Below are positions 45,343 to 55,125 of a stretch of 64,000 nt of DNA, in pieces. Every line of letters starts with the position of its first letter. Within the stretch, counting starts at the first letter, position 1. Under the pieces are notes generated by a model. The model did no database searches. It was not told the origin of the DNA and was given only the letters and a program-made list of their open reading frames with translations. Source of the DNA: Terriglobia bacterium (GTDB taxonomy: Bacteria; Acidobacteriota; Terriglobia; 2-12-FULL-54-10); the NCBI GenBank assembly GCA_963666975.2, contig CAXVYR010000003.1:192001-256000 (forward strand), read 5' to 3'. The translations under genes and the position numbers were made by a program.

Positions 45343-48189
45343 ATGGCATTTGGACTTAGATTTAATAAAGCCAAGACGTTAGAAGCGGCGATGAAATTCG
45401 TCGACAAGGGGAAGTTCCCCGCCGCCATCGCGGAATACCGCAAGATACTGGCAAAGGACCCGAAGGATCTGACGATCCTGAATACGGTGGGCGATCTGTA
45501 CGTCCGGCTGGACAACAAGGATGAAGCCGTCAAGTGTTTCTATGAGCTGGCAGAAAACTTCCTCGAAAAAGGTTTTGCGCTGCGTGGGATAGCCGTCTAT
45601 AAGCGGATCACCAAGATGGATTCGGAGTCGATCCAGGCGATCCTGAAGCTCGGAGAGCTGTATGCATCGCAGGGATTGATGAGAGATTCCCGGTCGCACT
45701 ATCTCCAGGCGGTCGATTATTTTTTGCGGCGGAACGATAAAGAAAAAGCGCGGGATGAGTTCGAAAAAATCCTGCTGCTGGACATGGAAAACCCCAAGCT
45801 CCAATTCCGCATGGCGGAGCTGTATGCGGAGACGGGAAAGAGGGAAGAGGCGATTGCCACCTATCTGGGGGCTGGAGAGCGTTTTCTGGATGGGAATCAG
45901 CCTGCGGAGGCCGCGGCGGCGCTGGAAGCGCTCTTTCGGCTGGACCCGGAAAATGCGGACGGAAAAGCGGTGCTGGGCCGGGCCTACATGGAGCAGGGAG
46001 ATTTGCAGAAGGCGGTGGAGACGCTCCAGGCAATCCCGCAACTGGAAAATCTCAAGGCGCCGTTAAACTTGCTGTTCCACGCCTACAGAAAACTGGGCGA
46101 TGCGGACAAAGGCAGGGAAATTGCCCAGAAACTGTTTGATCTGCATGAAGACTTCGCCGGCCTGGCCATGGTTGCGGAAGAGAAGGTTGAGCAGGGAGAG
46201 TGCGACCAGGCGTTGGAGGTTTATCAGGGTGCGGCACAAAAACTCTCCGACCAACAGGATGTTTCCGGGCTGATTGGGGGGCTGCAAAAAATCCTGGCCG
46301 CGGTTCCGGCCCATCCCGGCGCTCTCCGTTTGCAGTGCGACATTTATGAGAAGACCGGAAGGCGCGGGGAGCTGCGGGAGAGTCTGGAATTACTGGCTAA
46401 CAGTCATGTAGAGCGAGAGGATCTGGAAAAAGCCCGCGAAGTATGTGTCAAGCTGCTGGGTTTGGAGCCGGAAAATCGCGGGAGCCAGCGGTTGCTGCAG
46501 CAAGTGGAGGCGAAGCTCCATGGTTCTCCCATAGCTGACGCTGCCCCCGCCGCTTCCGAACCGACCGCGGCGATGGCTGCCGAACTTCAGGATGTCACGG
46601 AACCGGGAGCAGAAGGAGCGGAGCGACTTTCACCCCGCGACCAGGAGATCCTCCAGACCTGCCTGACCGAGAGTGAAATCTACATCACCTATCACCAAAA
46701 CAGCAAGGCGATTGAAATCCTCGAAGCCTGCCTGCCCAAGCTTCCCGGCAACCTCAAGCTGAACGAACAACTGCTCACGCTTTATGAGCAATTACAGCAG
46801 TATCAGAAGGCGGCAGACTGCTCGGAGGTGCTGGCGGGGGTCTATGGGAAAGCCGGAGACGGGGAGCGCGCTTCCCGCTATGGAGAGTTGACCGCCAGCT
46901 ATCGGGCGAAAGCCCCGGAGAGCCCAGCCCCGGCCGTGGAGGCCGAGGCGGAACAGGCAGCGGTTTCCGAGACCGCCGCTCCGGAAGAGGCCGCTTCGGA
47001 AGCTTCGCAGGTGCGGGAAGTGGACCTGTCGGTGGAGTGGACTTCCCTCAGCAGCGCGGAGGCGCCGCCTGCCGAAAGCACGCAGCAGGACGGGGTGGTG
47101 GAAGAGGCCGAATTTTATCTCCAGGCGGGGCTGGTGGACGAAGCGAAGGCGGCGCTGGAGCGCCTGCGGGAACAAGCTCCTTCGCACCCTGCGATCGAGT
47201 CGTTGGAGGAAAAGATCGCCGCCATAGGGGGCGAAACAGCGGGAGTCGAAACAGCAGAGGCCGAAGCATCTCCTGTTCCCGAACAAGCTGCTGCCGAGCC
47301 CCTCTCAGCCATCGAAACCAGCCCGGCAATGGAGGTCAGCGAAGAGCCCGCTGAGGCGCCCGCCGAAGTGCCTGTAGAGGGAAATGTTGAGACGCCCGTT
47401 GAAGAAAGCGTCACGGCAACTCCGGAGCCTCTGATGGAAGCTGCATTGCCTGAGGCGGAAACGCCTGAGCCGGAGGCCGAATTGGTCCCGGCTGCTGCCG
47501 GGGAAGAAACCGAACAGCCCGTTGCCGGCGATGGGCATCCGGAATTGATGCTCGAAGAAGTTCTGGCTTCACAGGAACATGACCCGCACGCTCCGGCCTT
47601 TGAACTGTCTCTCGAAGAAGCCCCAGCGCAGGAAAAGGGAGGGGCCGGCCATCTGCAGGATCCGCTCGCCGGGCTGGCAGGAGAGCTGGGGGAGGGATTT
47701 GTGCCCCCGACCGCTCCTTCCGGCGCCGGCCAGCCCCGGGAGAATCTCCTGGGAGATATCCTCGCGGAATTTAAAGATGAGGTCGAGGAGCCGGCTACCG
47801 GCGGAGATCTGGAAACTCACTACAACATGGGCGTTGCCTTCAAAGAAATGGCGCTTTACGAGGAGGCGATTGGGGAGTTCCAAAAGGTCCACCAGTTGGC
47901 CGAACAGTTGAAGGATACTTCCTACCTGTTGCAGTGTTGTTCGTTGCTGGCGGTGTGCTTCCTGGAGAAGGGGCTTCCGGAACTGGCCGTGAAGTGGTAT
48001 CAAACGGCTTTGGACGCGCCAAGCTTGGATGCCGGTAACCGGCTGGGGCTGCTGTATGAGATGGCGGCAGCCTATGAGGTTGCCGGAGACCGGGAGTCAG
48101 CTTTGAAGCGTTTCAAAGAAGTATATGCCCTCAATATCGACTACCGCGATGTCACCGACCGAATCAGCGCTCTCCAGCAAGCCCAGTGA
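45343..48189 (+). CDS. Large TPR protein with acidic Pro/Ala/Glu-rich linker
   Basis: N-terminal TPR array, low-complexity acidic linker, C-terminal ETHYNMGVAFKEM TPR block. Confidence 0.85.
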   Translation: MAFGLRFNKAKTLEAAMKFVDKGKFPAAIAEYRKILAKDPKDLTILNTVGDLYVRLDNKDEAVKCFYELAENFLEKGFALRGIAVYKRITKMDSESIQAILKLGELYASQGLMRDSRSHYLQAVDYFLRRNDKEKARDEFEKILLLDMENPKLQFRMAELYAETGKREEAIATYLGAGERFLDGNQPAEAAAALEALFRLDPENADGKAVLGRAYMEQGDLQKAVETLQAIPQLENLKAPLNLLFHAYRKLGDADKGREIAQKLFDLHEDFAGLAMVAEEKVEQGECDQALEVYQGAAQKLSDQQDVSGLIGGLQKILAAVPAHPGALRLQCDIYEKTGRRGELRESLELLANSHVEREDLEKAREVCVKLLGLEPENRGSQRLLQQVEAKLHGSPIADAAPAASEPTAAMAAELQDVTEPGAEGAERLSPRDQEILQTCLTESEIYITYHQNSKAIEILEACLPKLPGNLKLNEQLLTLYEQLQQYQKAADCSEVLAGVYGKAGDGERASRYGELTASYRAKAPESPAPAVEAEAEQAAVSETAAPEEAASEASQVREVDLSVEWTSLSSAEAPPAESTQQDGVVEEAEFYLQAGLVDEAKAALERLREQAPSHPAIESLEEKIAAIGGETAGVETAEAEASPVPEQAAAEPLSAIETSPAMEVSEEPAEAPAEVPVEGNVETPVEESVTATPEPLMEAALPEAETPEPEAELVPAAAGEETEQPVAGDGHPELMLEEVLASQEHDPHAPAFELSLEEAPAQEKGGAGHLQDPLAGLAGELGEGFVPPTAPSGAGQPRENLLGDILAEFKDEVEEPATGGDLETHYNMGVAFKEMALYEEAIGEFQKVHQLAEQLKDTSYLLQCCSLLAVCFLEKGLPELAVKWYQTALDAPSLDAGNRLGLLYEMAAAYEVAGDRESALKRFKEVYALNIDYRDVTDRISALQQAQ

Positions 48190-48496
48190 TCTTTCTCTCC
48201 GCGCCACTGGCCGGGAAGGCGCGGGGAGACAGTTCGCGCTGGTGCTCTACATTCTTTATTGTGTCGAAATCGGGATGTTTTTGCTGGTTGTTCCCTGGTC
48301 GGAAGTTTGGGAGAGCAACCTCTGGGCGCGACCGAAAACGCCGCTGATGGCATATTTCCCCTTGTTGCGCCCCCTGTATGTGAACCATTATGTGCGCGGC
48401 GCCGTGAGCGGCTTGGGAGTGATCAACCTTTGGCTGGGCGTTTCCCATGCCTGGAGTTTTCGGTTATCGGCGGTGCGCGGGGCCGCTGGCAGGTGA
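48125..48496 (+). CDS. Small membrane protein (true start uncertain)
   Basis: LVLYILYCVEIGMFLLVVPWSEVWESN...YVRGAVSGLGVINL; two hydrophobic segments. Confidence 0.6.
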   Translation: MPSISTTAMSPTESALSSKPSDLSLRATGREGAGRQFALVLYILYCVEIGMFLLVVPWSEVWESNLWARPKTPLMAYFPLLRPLYVNHYVRGAVSGLGVINLWLGVSHAWSFRLSAVRGAAGR

Positions 48497-48549
48497 GCAT
48501 CGGCAGCCGTTTTGAGAATCTATTTGCACGCTGAGGTGGCGGAATAAAG

Positions 48550-49533
48550 ATGTGCCGGGAAAATATGAGGCAGGAAAAAATATTCCTTCAGCTTTGCAAG
48601 ATCACGCTGCTCGTGCTGGCCGTGGGGATCAGCCCAGCCTGCGAGGAAACTCCCGCCTCTGCCGGGGCGCCCGCAGGGAAACTGCCCGGTGTTCGGTCAG
48701 AGATGCTGGTGACGACCGAGTGGCTGGAAAGCCATCTGGATAGCCCCAGCGTGGTTGTGGTGCATGTGGAAAGGACGCGCGAAGGTTACGAGACCGGCCA
48801 TATTCCCGGCGCGCGCTTTCTCAGCCGGAGCGATGTCGGCAAAACCCGCGATGGGCTGCTGAACGAGTTGCCGCCGGTGGAGGAGTTGACGGCGCTGGTT
48901 CGCCGTCTGGGGATCGACGAGGACGACCGCGTAATTCTTTATGACGAGGGAGCAGGACTGGAGGAGGCGCGCGCCTATTGGGCCTTCGATTATGCGGGTC
49001 TCGGCGATCGCACCGCCCTTCTGGATGGGCACCAGAAAAAGTGGCAGTCCGAGGGGCGTCCTGTGTCTGCCGCCGTGCCGGAAGTCACGCCGTCTTCTTT
49101 TGTGCCGCAGGTTCGCCCCGAGGCGCTGGTTTTTTTTCAGGGCATGCGCGAGCTGGCGTCGGCGGCGAACCGATCCGCGTCGCGGGTCGCTATTGTGGAT
49201 TCCAGACCCGAGGTCAACTACACAGGAGAAGAAGGCAGCCCGGCGGTCCCCCGCCCGGGGCATATTCCGGGGGCTGCCAACGTGTACTGGCAGCGGAACG
49301 TGGTCAGCGCCGACAACCCGGTTCTGCGTCCCGAAGCAGAGCTCCGGGCGATGTATAAAGAAGCAGGCATGGACCCGGAGGGTCTGATGGTGTCCTATTG
49401 CCGCACGGGCATGCAGTCTTCCCACACCTATTTCACGGCGAAGTATCTCGGCTACGATGTGCGCATGTACGATGGCTCTTTCATGGAATGGAGCGCCGCG
49501 GAGGATACGCCGGTGGCAACGGGGCTTCGCTAA
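48550..49533 (+). CDS. Tandem-domain rhodanese/sulfurtransferase with signal peptide
   Basis: GHIPGA twice, YCRTGMQS active loop, YDGSFMEW; N-terminal LLVLAVGISPAC. Confidence 0.9.
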   Translation: MCRENMRQEKIFLQLCKITLLVLAVGISPACEETPASAGAPAGKLPGVRSEMLVTTEWLESHLDSPSVVVVHVERTREGYETGHIPGARFLSRSDVGKTRDGLLNELPPVEELTALVRRLGIDEDDRVILYDEGAGLEEARAYWAFDYAGLGDRTALLDGHQKKWQSEGRPVSAAVPEVTPSSFVPQVRPEALVFFQGMRELASAANRSASRVAIVDSRPEVNYTGEEGSPAVPRPGHIPGAANVYWQRNVVSADNPVLRPEAELRAMYKEAGMDPEGLMVSYCRTGMQSSHTYFTAKYLGYDVRMYDGSFMEWSAAEDTPVATGLR

Positions 49534-49701
49534 ATGGATAGATTAGATGAATAGATTAGTTGAATAAACTGTTTGGCCGGGTGGACGGCAGAGCCTCTGA
49601 GGGGACGCGAGGTCAGGCCTCGCCGGCGCGAGACGTGGCAGCGTTGTGATTCCCGTCTCGCCCCTATAATTTTTTCGCAATTTTTCCGCGCCCTGGTCAA
49701 G

Positions 49702-50340
49702 GTGGCTGTCAGTTATTACATTACGGCACGAAAGCAACTGGACCCGTTGTCCGGCAAGAATGGTTCAGAAGACGCGCTGGAGGACGCGCTCAAGGAAACC
49801 GTGCGCTCCGCTTTTTGCGCCCCAGTGGATTACGTGCAATTGCGGGAGAATGACATGGCCTCGCGCCGGCTGGCTTTTTTGGTGGAGGATTTACGGGCCC
49901 GCCGCGAGAAGCAAGGGACACGGTTGCTGGTGAACGAGCGCCTGGACGTGGCGGCCTCGTGCGGGGCCGATGGCGTTCATCTGTCCTCCGACTTACTGCC
50001 GCTTTCTGCTCTGCGGGCGTTTGACGGCGATGATCTGATATGGGGGGTCTCTTGCCACGGCGGAGAGGAAGCGGAAAAGGCAGCCCAGGCCGGCGCTTGC
50101 TATGTGTTGCTGGGGCCGGTTTTTGAAACACCCTCGAAACCGGGCGCTACTCCGCTGGGCCTAGCGGCTTTGGCGGACATTTGCCGGCGCTTCCCGGTTC
50201 CGGTCTTTGCTCTGGGCGGCGTCGGCCGGGAGAATGCCAAAGACTGTATTCAAGCGGGTGCGGCTGGGGTTGCCGGAATTCGGATGTTTCAGCAGGCGCA
50301 GAATCTGGAGGATTTGTGCGGCTATTTGCGCTCCCTCTGA
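49702..50340 (+). CDS. Thiamine-phosphate synthase/TenI-family protein
   Basis: VQLREND, LLVNERLDVA, DGVHL, GVSCH, GPVFETPSKPG and VFALGG motifs; GTG start 49702, TATAAT at 49665. Confidence 0.85.
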   Translation: MAVSYYITARKQLDPLSGKNGSEDALEDALKETVRSAFCAPVDYVQLRENDMASRRLAFLVEDLRARREKQGTRLLVNERLDVAASCGADGVHLSSDLLPLSALRAFDGDDLIWGVSCHGGEEAEKAAQAGACYVLLGPVFETPSKPGATPLGLAALADICRRFPVPVFALGGVGRENAKDCIQAGAAGVAGIRMFQQAQNLEDLCGYLRSL

Positions 50341-50415
50341 ATTTGCGCCTGGAACCATCGGGTGATCTGCCCGAGATGACTTTGTTCGATTGGAGATTTC
50401 ATGGACGGAGATTTC

Positions 50416-51462
50416 ATGGACAAGGCTAAATGCATTATGGCGGCGATTTTGCTGGTGACGGCCGGTGCTCTGGGCTGTCAACAGTCGACCCCCAACCCGC
50501 AGGTAGCCGCACGGGTCAACGGCAAGGACATCCTGCGAGTCGAGGTGGAGAAGTACTACAACTTTCGCGCCCAAAACGCCGCAGAGAAGCCCGGCGGCGA
50601 GCTGGCGAAGATGCTGCGAATGGAGATTATTCGCGAGCTGATCGAAAGTGAAATCATGGTGCAGCGCGCCGAACAGTTGAAGCTGCTGGCGACTGAGTCA
50701 GAGGTGGAGGAGAGCCTTGCGTCATTGAAGGCTCGCATCACTCCGGAGGAATTTCAAGCGGACCTGGAGCAGCGCGGATTCAGCGAGCAGGACCTCCGCA
50801 AGGAGATCAGCCGGAACCTGAGCATCCAAAAGCTGGTGGAGAATCAGGTCAACTCCAAAATTGAAATCACCGAAGTGGAAGTGAGCAGCTTCTACGAAAC
50901 GAACAAGGATACCTTCAATATCCAAGAAACCCAGTACCGCATCGGCCAGATTGCCGTCAGCCCCGATCCCGACGCGCCTTTCGCCAATTTGAATAATGAC
51001 AAGGCAAGAAACGAAGATCAGGCCAGCAAAAAAATCCAACTGCTGGCAAGCAAATTGGAGGGCGGAGAGGATTTTCTGCAGGTGGCCCGGGAATACTCCG
51101 AGGACCTGCAAACGGCCCGGCTGGGAGGCGACCTCGGTTACCATCCCGCCTCGACACTCGACCGGCTCGGGCCGCAATTGAAGCAGTCTCTCCTGCGGCT
51201 GCAGGTGGGCGGGGTCACCTCTGTAATTCGGGCGCCGGACGGGTACATCATCCTGAAGCTGCTCGGAAAACAGGAGCCCGGCCAGCGCGAGTTGGAGGAC
51301 CCGGAGGTGCAGTTGAGCATCCGCCAGGAGCTTGGGAATCGCAAGCGGCAACTGCTGAACGCCGTCTTTACCGAGCAGCTCCGCAACGAGTCCCGCGTGG
51401 AAAACTTTCTCGCCCAGGAGATTTGGGCCGAGCACCAGGCAACCCCAGAAGAAACTCCCTAG
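50416..51462 (+). CDS. SurA/PrsA-like peptidyl-prolyl isomerase lipoprotein
   Basis: Lipobox ALGC; VAARVNG; FLQVAREYSED...GGDLG. The RBS+ATG is duplicated (50401/50416). Confidence 0.88.
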   Translation: MDKAKCIMAAILLVTAGALGCQQSTPNPQVAARVNGKDILRVEVEKYYNFRAQNAAEKPGGELAKMLRMEIIRELIESEIMVQRAEQLKLLATESEVEESLASLKARITPEEFQADLEQRGFSEQDLRKEISRNLSIQKLVENQVNSKIEITEVEVSSFYETNKDTFNIQETQYRIGQIAVSPDPDAPFANLNNDKARNEDQASKKIQLLASKLEGGEDFLQVAREYSEDLQTARLGGDLGYHPASTLDRLGPQLKQSLLRLQVGGVTSVIRAPDGYIILKLLGKQEPGQRELEDPEVQLSIRQELGNRKRQLLNAVFTEQLRNESRVENFLAQEIWAEHQATPEETP

Positions 51463-51486
51463 CCGGCAACCTCCGAAGCCCCTTGC

Positions 51487-52185
51487 ATGGGAAAGCCACC
51501 CAGCCCAACGCCCGCAGCCTCGCCCAAAGCGCCTCGCTGGGTGAGCTTTGACTGTTACGGCACGTTGATCGACTGGGAGAGCGGCATTCGCCGCGCCTTC
51601 CGCGAACTGGTGCGCGTCCGCGAAGAGGAAGAAGAGGAGATATTCCTGGCCTGGGAGAAAATCCAATGGGAGAAAATTCAGGAGCCCTACGCGCCCTATG
51701 CGGAGATACTCCGGTCGAGTTTCCGCCAGGCCGCCGAAGAGTTCGGCTACCGTTGTGCCAGCTATGCCGGGGAAGCCTTTGTCGATTCTCTCGCCCGGTG
51801 GGAGCCCTTTCCGGATGTCCCTTCCGTGCTGAACAGGCTGTCGCACCGGCACAAGCTGGCCATTATTTCCAACGTCGATCGCGATCTTCTCGGGCAAACC
51901 CTGCGGCACTTTCCGGTGCGCTTTGACGCGCTGATTACCGCCGAGGACGCCCGTGCCTACAAGCCGAATCCGGAGATTTTCAACCGCGCTCTGGTGCTGC
52001 TCAGGTGTCCTCCCGAACAGGTCGTGCACGTTGCTTTCGGCGCCGGCTACGACTTGCAGCCGGCCCATTCGGCCGGGCTGCGGGTTGTCCACTTGAACCG
52101 CAAACAATTTCCCGTTCCGGATATTTCAGATGTCCCATTGGAAGCAACGATTAAAAGTCTGGAAGAGCTGCTCCATTTGTGGTAG
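51487..52185 (+). CDS. HAD-family hydrolase (haloacid dehalogenase type II-like)
   Basis: FDCYGTLIDWE, IISNVD, AYKP and HVAFG..YD motifs. Confidence 0.88.
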   Translation: MGKPPSPTPAASPKAPRWVSFDCYGTLIDWESGIRRAFRELVRVREEEEEEIFLAWEKIQWEKIQEPYAPYAEILRSSFRQAAEEFGYRCASYAGEAFVDSLARWEPFPDVPSVLNRLSHRHKLAIISNVDRDLLGQTLRHFPVRFDALITAEDARAYKPNPEIFNRALVLLRCPPEQVVHVAFGAGYDLQPAHSAGLRVVHLNRKQFPVPDISDVPLEATIKSLEELLHLW

Positions 52186-52197
52186 TTTCATCGGCTT

Positions 52198-52902
52198 GTG
52201 CCCATTGCCACTGCTCCGCAAAGGGAAAGGAACTGTGAAAGGAACTGCGAATTGAAAGCTTATACCTCCTTAAAGGAAAAATACACCCGCCAGGCATCGA
52301 GTTACGACCGCCGCTGGAACCTCCATTATGGCCGCGCGACGCTTCGGGCCACCGTGGAAGCGGTCCCCTGGAACAGGTTGCAGCGTGTGCTCGATGTGGG
52401 CTGCGGCACGGGAGGATTGCTGGAGGAGGCGGGGCAGAGGAAGCTCCATCCGCAGATTCGCGTGGTCGGCGTCGATCTCTCGCTGGCCATGTTGCAGCTG
52501 GCGCAAAAAAAGGTGAACGGCACCTATCAAGCGAGCTGGAGCAACGCGGTGGCGGAACACTTGCCTTTTCCCAGCGAATGTTTTGACGCTGTCGTCTGTG
52601 CCAACAGCTTTCACTATTACCGCGGGCCCCTGCAAGTGTTGCGGGAATTTCGGAGGGTATTGCGGCCCGGCGGCTGTTTGGTGCTGACCGATTGGTGCGA
52701 CGATTATTTGGCCTGCAAGGTTTCCCGCTGGTCCATCGGGTTGCGGGACAAAGCCCGCCTTCGGGTGTACGGTCTCCACCAGTGCTACAGCATGAAGCAG
52801 TGCGAGCAGATGCTCACCCAGACGGGTTTTCAGATTGAATCGGCACGGCGGTTCAAGGTGGATTGGCTCTGGGGCGTGATGACCTACAGGGCCCGCTCCT
52901 GA
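52198..52902 (+). CDS. Class I SAM-dependent methyltransferase
   Basis: VLDVGCGTG, GVDLS, LPF...FDAV and RRVLRPGG motifs; start uncertain. Confidence 0.88.
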   Translation: MPIATAPQRERNCERNCELKAYTSLKEKYTRQASSYDRRWNLHYGRATLRATVEAVPWNRLQRVLDVGCGTGGLLEEAGQRKLHPQIRVVGVDLSLAMLQLAQKKVNGTYQASWSNAVAEHLPFPSECFDAVVCANSFHYYRGPLQVLREFRRVLRPGGCLVLTDWCDDYLACKVSRWSIGLRDKARLRVYGLHQCYSMKQCEQMLTQTGFQIESARRFKVDWLWGVMTYRARS

Positions 52903-52958
52903 GCGAGTTGCCGGCGGCGGACCCCATCGTCATTTCATATTCCATCACTGGCCCATTT

Positions 52959-53483
52959 TCATTCCATTACCAGCAGAGTTTCTCCTGCGTTTACGGCCTG
53001 CCCCTCCCGAACCGAAACTTTCTGCACCTTGCCGGATGTGGAACCTTTGATCTCGTTCTGCATCTTCATGGCTTCTATCACAATCAGTCCCTGACCGCTC
53101 TGGACCTGCTGGCCTTCTGAGACCAGGATTCGAACCACTTTTCCAGGCATCGGCGCGGTAACATTTTGCTTTCCTGCAAGCGTCATCCCCGGGCCGCCAC
53201 GGGACCGCCGGCGCGAGTCCCGAATGGAGACCGCGTAGTGAATTCCGTCAACCTGCACGCTGTAATCGCCCGTGCCGGAGCCGGGAGAGCCGGACCAGGC
53301 GGCTGCGCGGGGCGACACTTGTACATGGAAGCTTTTACCGCCCAGCAGAAGCGAGTAAACGCCCGGACGGACCTCAGCCGCCTCGGCCTCGAACCGATCC
53401 CCATCGAGCAGGCAGGAGAGGCCGTTCTGGCGGGTTAGCTCCAGCGTGTGATCCCGTCCGTCGAGGGTGATGGAAAATTTCAT
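52959..53483 (-). CDS. Biotin carboxyl carrier protein
   Basis: VTAPMPGKV, IEAMKMQNE biotinylation motif; start set at MKFSI. Confidence 0.92.
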   Translation of the reverse strand: MKFSITLDGRDHTLELTRQNGLSCLLDGDRFEAEAAEVRPGVYSLLLGGKSFHVQVSPRAAAWSGSPGSGTGDYSVQVDGIHYAVSIRDSRRRSRGGPGMTLAGKQNVTAPMPGKVVRILVSEGQQVQSGQGLIVIEAMKMQNEIKGSTSGKVQKVSVREGQAVNAGETLLVME

Positions 53484-53524
53484 AGCAAAAGAACGGTGCA
53501 AAACAGCGGTGACAGGAGCATGTT

Positions 53525-55108
53525 TTAACGCCGGTGAGCGGGAAGGGGAGGCCGCAGAAGCGAGCGGCGGCCTTCGAGCTTCCAGCGGTTGTGAGAGGGC
53601 CGGGAATTCCCGCTGTCCGGGTGTGCATTCCTGGCTTGTGCCTCTTCATACAAAGCTGCCGCCAAAGCTGCCGCCCGACGCCGATCCGCGTCCTCCGGGC
53701 TCTCGTGCAACAGAGTGCCCGCGTCGTTGCCGATTTTTTTGTGCTCCAGCCTTTTATGCTCCAGTAGCCGGTCAAGCAATCCTGTGTCGAGCTTTCCCTC
53801 CAGAAAATCCGGGAAGCGGAGGATGCTCTGAAACAATCCGAGATTGGTCTGGATGCCTTCCACATAGTATTCCCCGAGCGCCCTCCGCATCCGGTCGATC
53901 GCTTCCCGGCGCGTGGCGCCCCAGGTGACCAATTTGGAGATGAGAGGATCGTATTCCACCGGGACCGTCCATCCCGCGTACACTCCGCTGTCGTCCCGAA
54001 CGCCCGGACCGGCGGGGACCTCCAGGGCCCGGATCAGGCCGGGCGAGGGGAAGAAGGAGTTCTCGGGGTCCTCCGCGTAAATGCGGCACTCCAGCGCCGC
54101 CCCCCGCAGCAAGACATCTTTCTGTCCAAACGAGAGCTTCTCGCCTGCCGCCACCCGGATCTGCTGCTTCACCAGATCGAGCCCCGTGACCATCTCCGTG
54201 ACCGGGTGCTCCACCTGCAAGCGCGTGTTCATCTCCAGAAAGTAAAAAGTCTTGCTCGCGTCGACCAGGAATTCCACGGTGCCTGCATTGTAATATCCGG
54301 CGGCGCGAGCCGCCCGCACGGCGGTCTCTCCCATACGCTGCCGCATGGCGGAATCCACGAGCGGCGAAGGGGATTCCTCCACGATCTTCTGATACCGCCG
54401 CTGGATGCTGCATTCGCGCTCCCCCAGATAAACCATGTTCCCGTGGCGGTCGCCGAGCACCTGAATCTCAATGTGGCGGGGAGTCTCCAGATACTTTTCT
54501 ATGTAGACCTCGGAATCGCTGAAGGCGTTTTCCGCCTCCGACCGCGCGTCGCGGTAGGCTGAAGGCAACTCCCCGGATGAGGCAACCAGACGCATGCCTT
54601 TGCCGCCGCCGCCTGCCGCCGCTTTGACCAGGACTGGATAACCAATGGAATCCGCGAGGCGATGCGCTTCCTGGATATCCGCTATCCCGGAGTCGGTCCC
54701 CGGAACCACGGGGACGCCCGCCGCCTGCATGGCCTGCCGCGCGCGGGTCTTGGAACCCATCAACTCCATGGCGGCCGAGCTGGGACCGATCAGAGTGATC
54801 CCGGCTTGTTCGCAGGCTGTCGCCAATGCCGGGTTCTCCGCCAGAAAACCGTAGCCGGGATGGATGGCCTCGGCCCCTGACCGGCGCGCGACATCCAGGA
54901 TTTTATCCACCCGGAGATAGCTCTCGACCGCCGGCGCCGGACCGATGGGATAAGCTTCGTCGGCGCGCAGGACATGCAGGGCTGTGCGGTCCACATCGGA
55001 AAAGACGGCGACGGTGCGTATGCCCATCTCCTGACAGGCGCGGATGACCCGCACCGCAATCTCGCCCCGGTTAGCGATTAAAATCTTGTGGAACATCTTC
55101 TGGGACAT
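53525..55108 (-). CDS. accC: Biotin carboxylase
   Basis: ILIANRGEIA, IHPGYGFLAEN, AGGGGKGM, RECSIQRR and LEMNTRLQVEHPVTE motifs. Confidence 0.95.
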   Translation of the reverse strand: MSQKMFHKILIANRGEIAVRVIRACQEMGIRTVAVFSDVDRTALHVLRADEAYPIGPAPAVESYLRVDKILDVARRSGAEAIHPGYGFLAENPALATACEQAGITLIGPSSAAMELMGSKTRARQAMQAAGVPVVPGTDSGIADIQEAHRLADSIGYPVLVKAAAGGGGKGMRLVASSGELPSAYRDARSEAENAFSDSEVYIEKYLETPRHIEIQVLGDRHGNMVYLGERECSIQRRYQKIVEESPSPLVDSAMRQRMGETAVRAARAAGYYNAGTVEFLVDASKTFYFLEMNTRLQVEHPVTEMVTGLDLVKQQIRVAAGEKLSFGQKDVLLRGAALECRIYAEDPENSFFPSPGLIRALEVPAGPGVRDDSGVYAGWTVPVEYDPLISKLVTWGATRREAIDRMRRALGEYYVEGIQTNLGLFQSILRFPDFLEGKLDTGLLDRLLEHKRLEHKKIGNDAGTLLHESPEDADRRRAAALAAALYEEAQARNAHPDSGNSRPSHNRWKLEGRRSLLRPPLPAHRR

Positions 55109-55125
55109 GAGTTAGCGGGATACCC

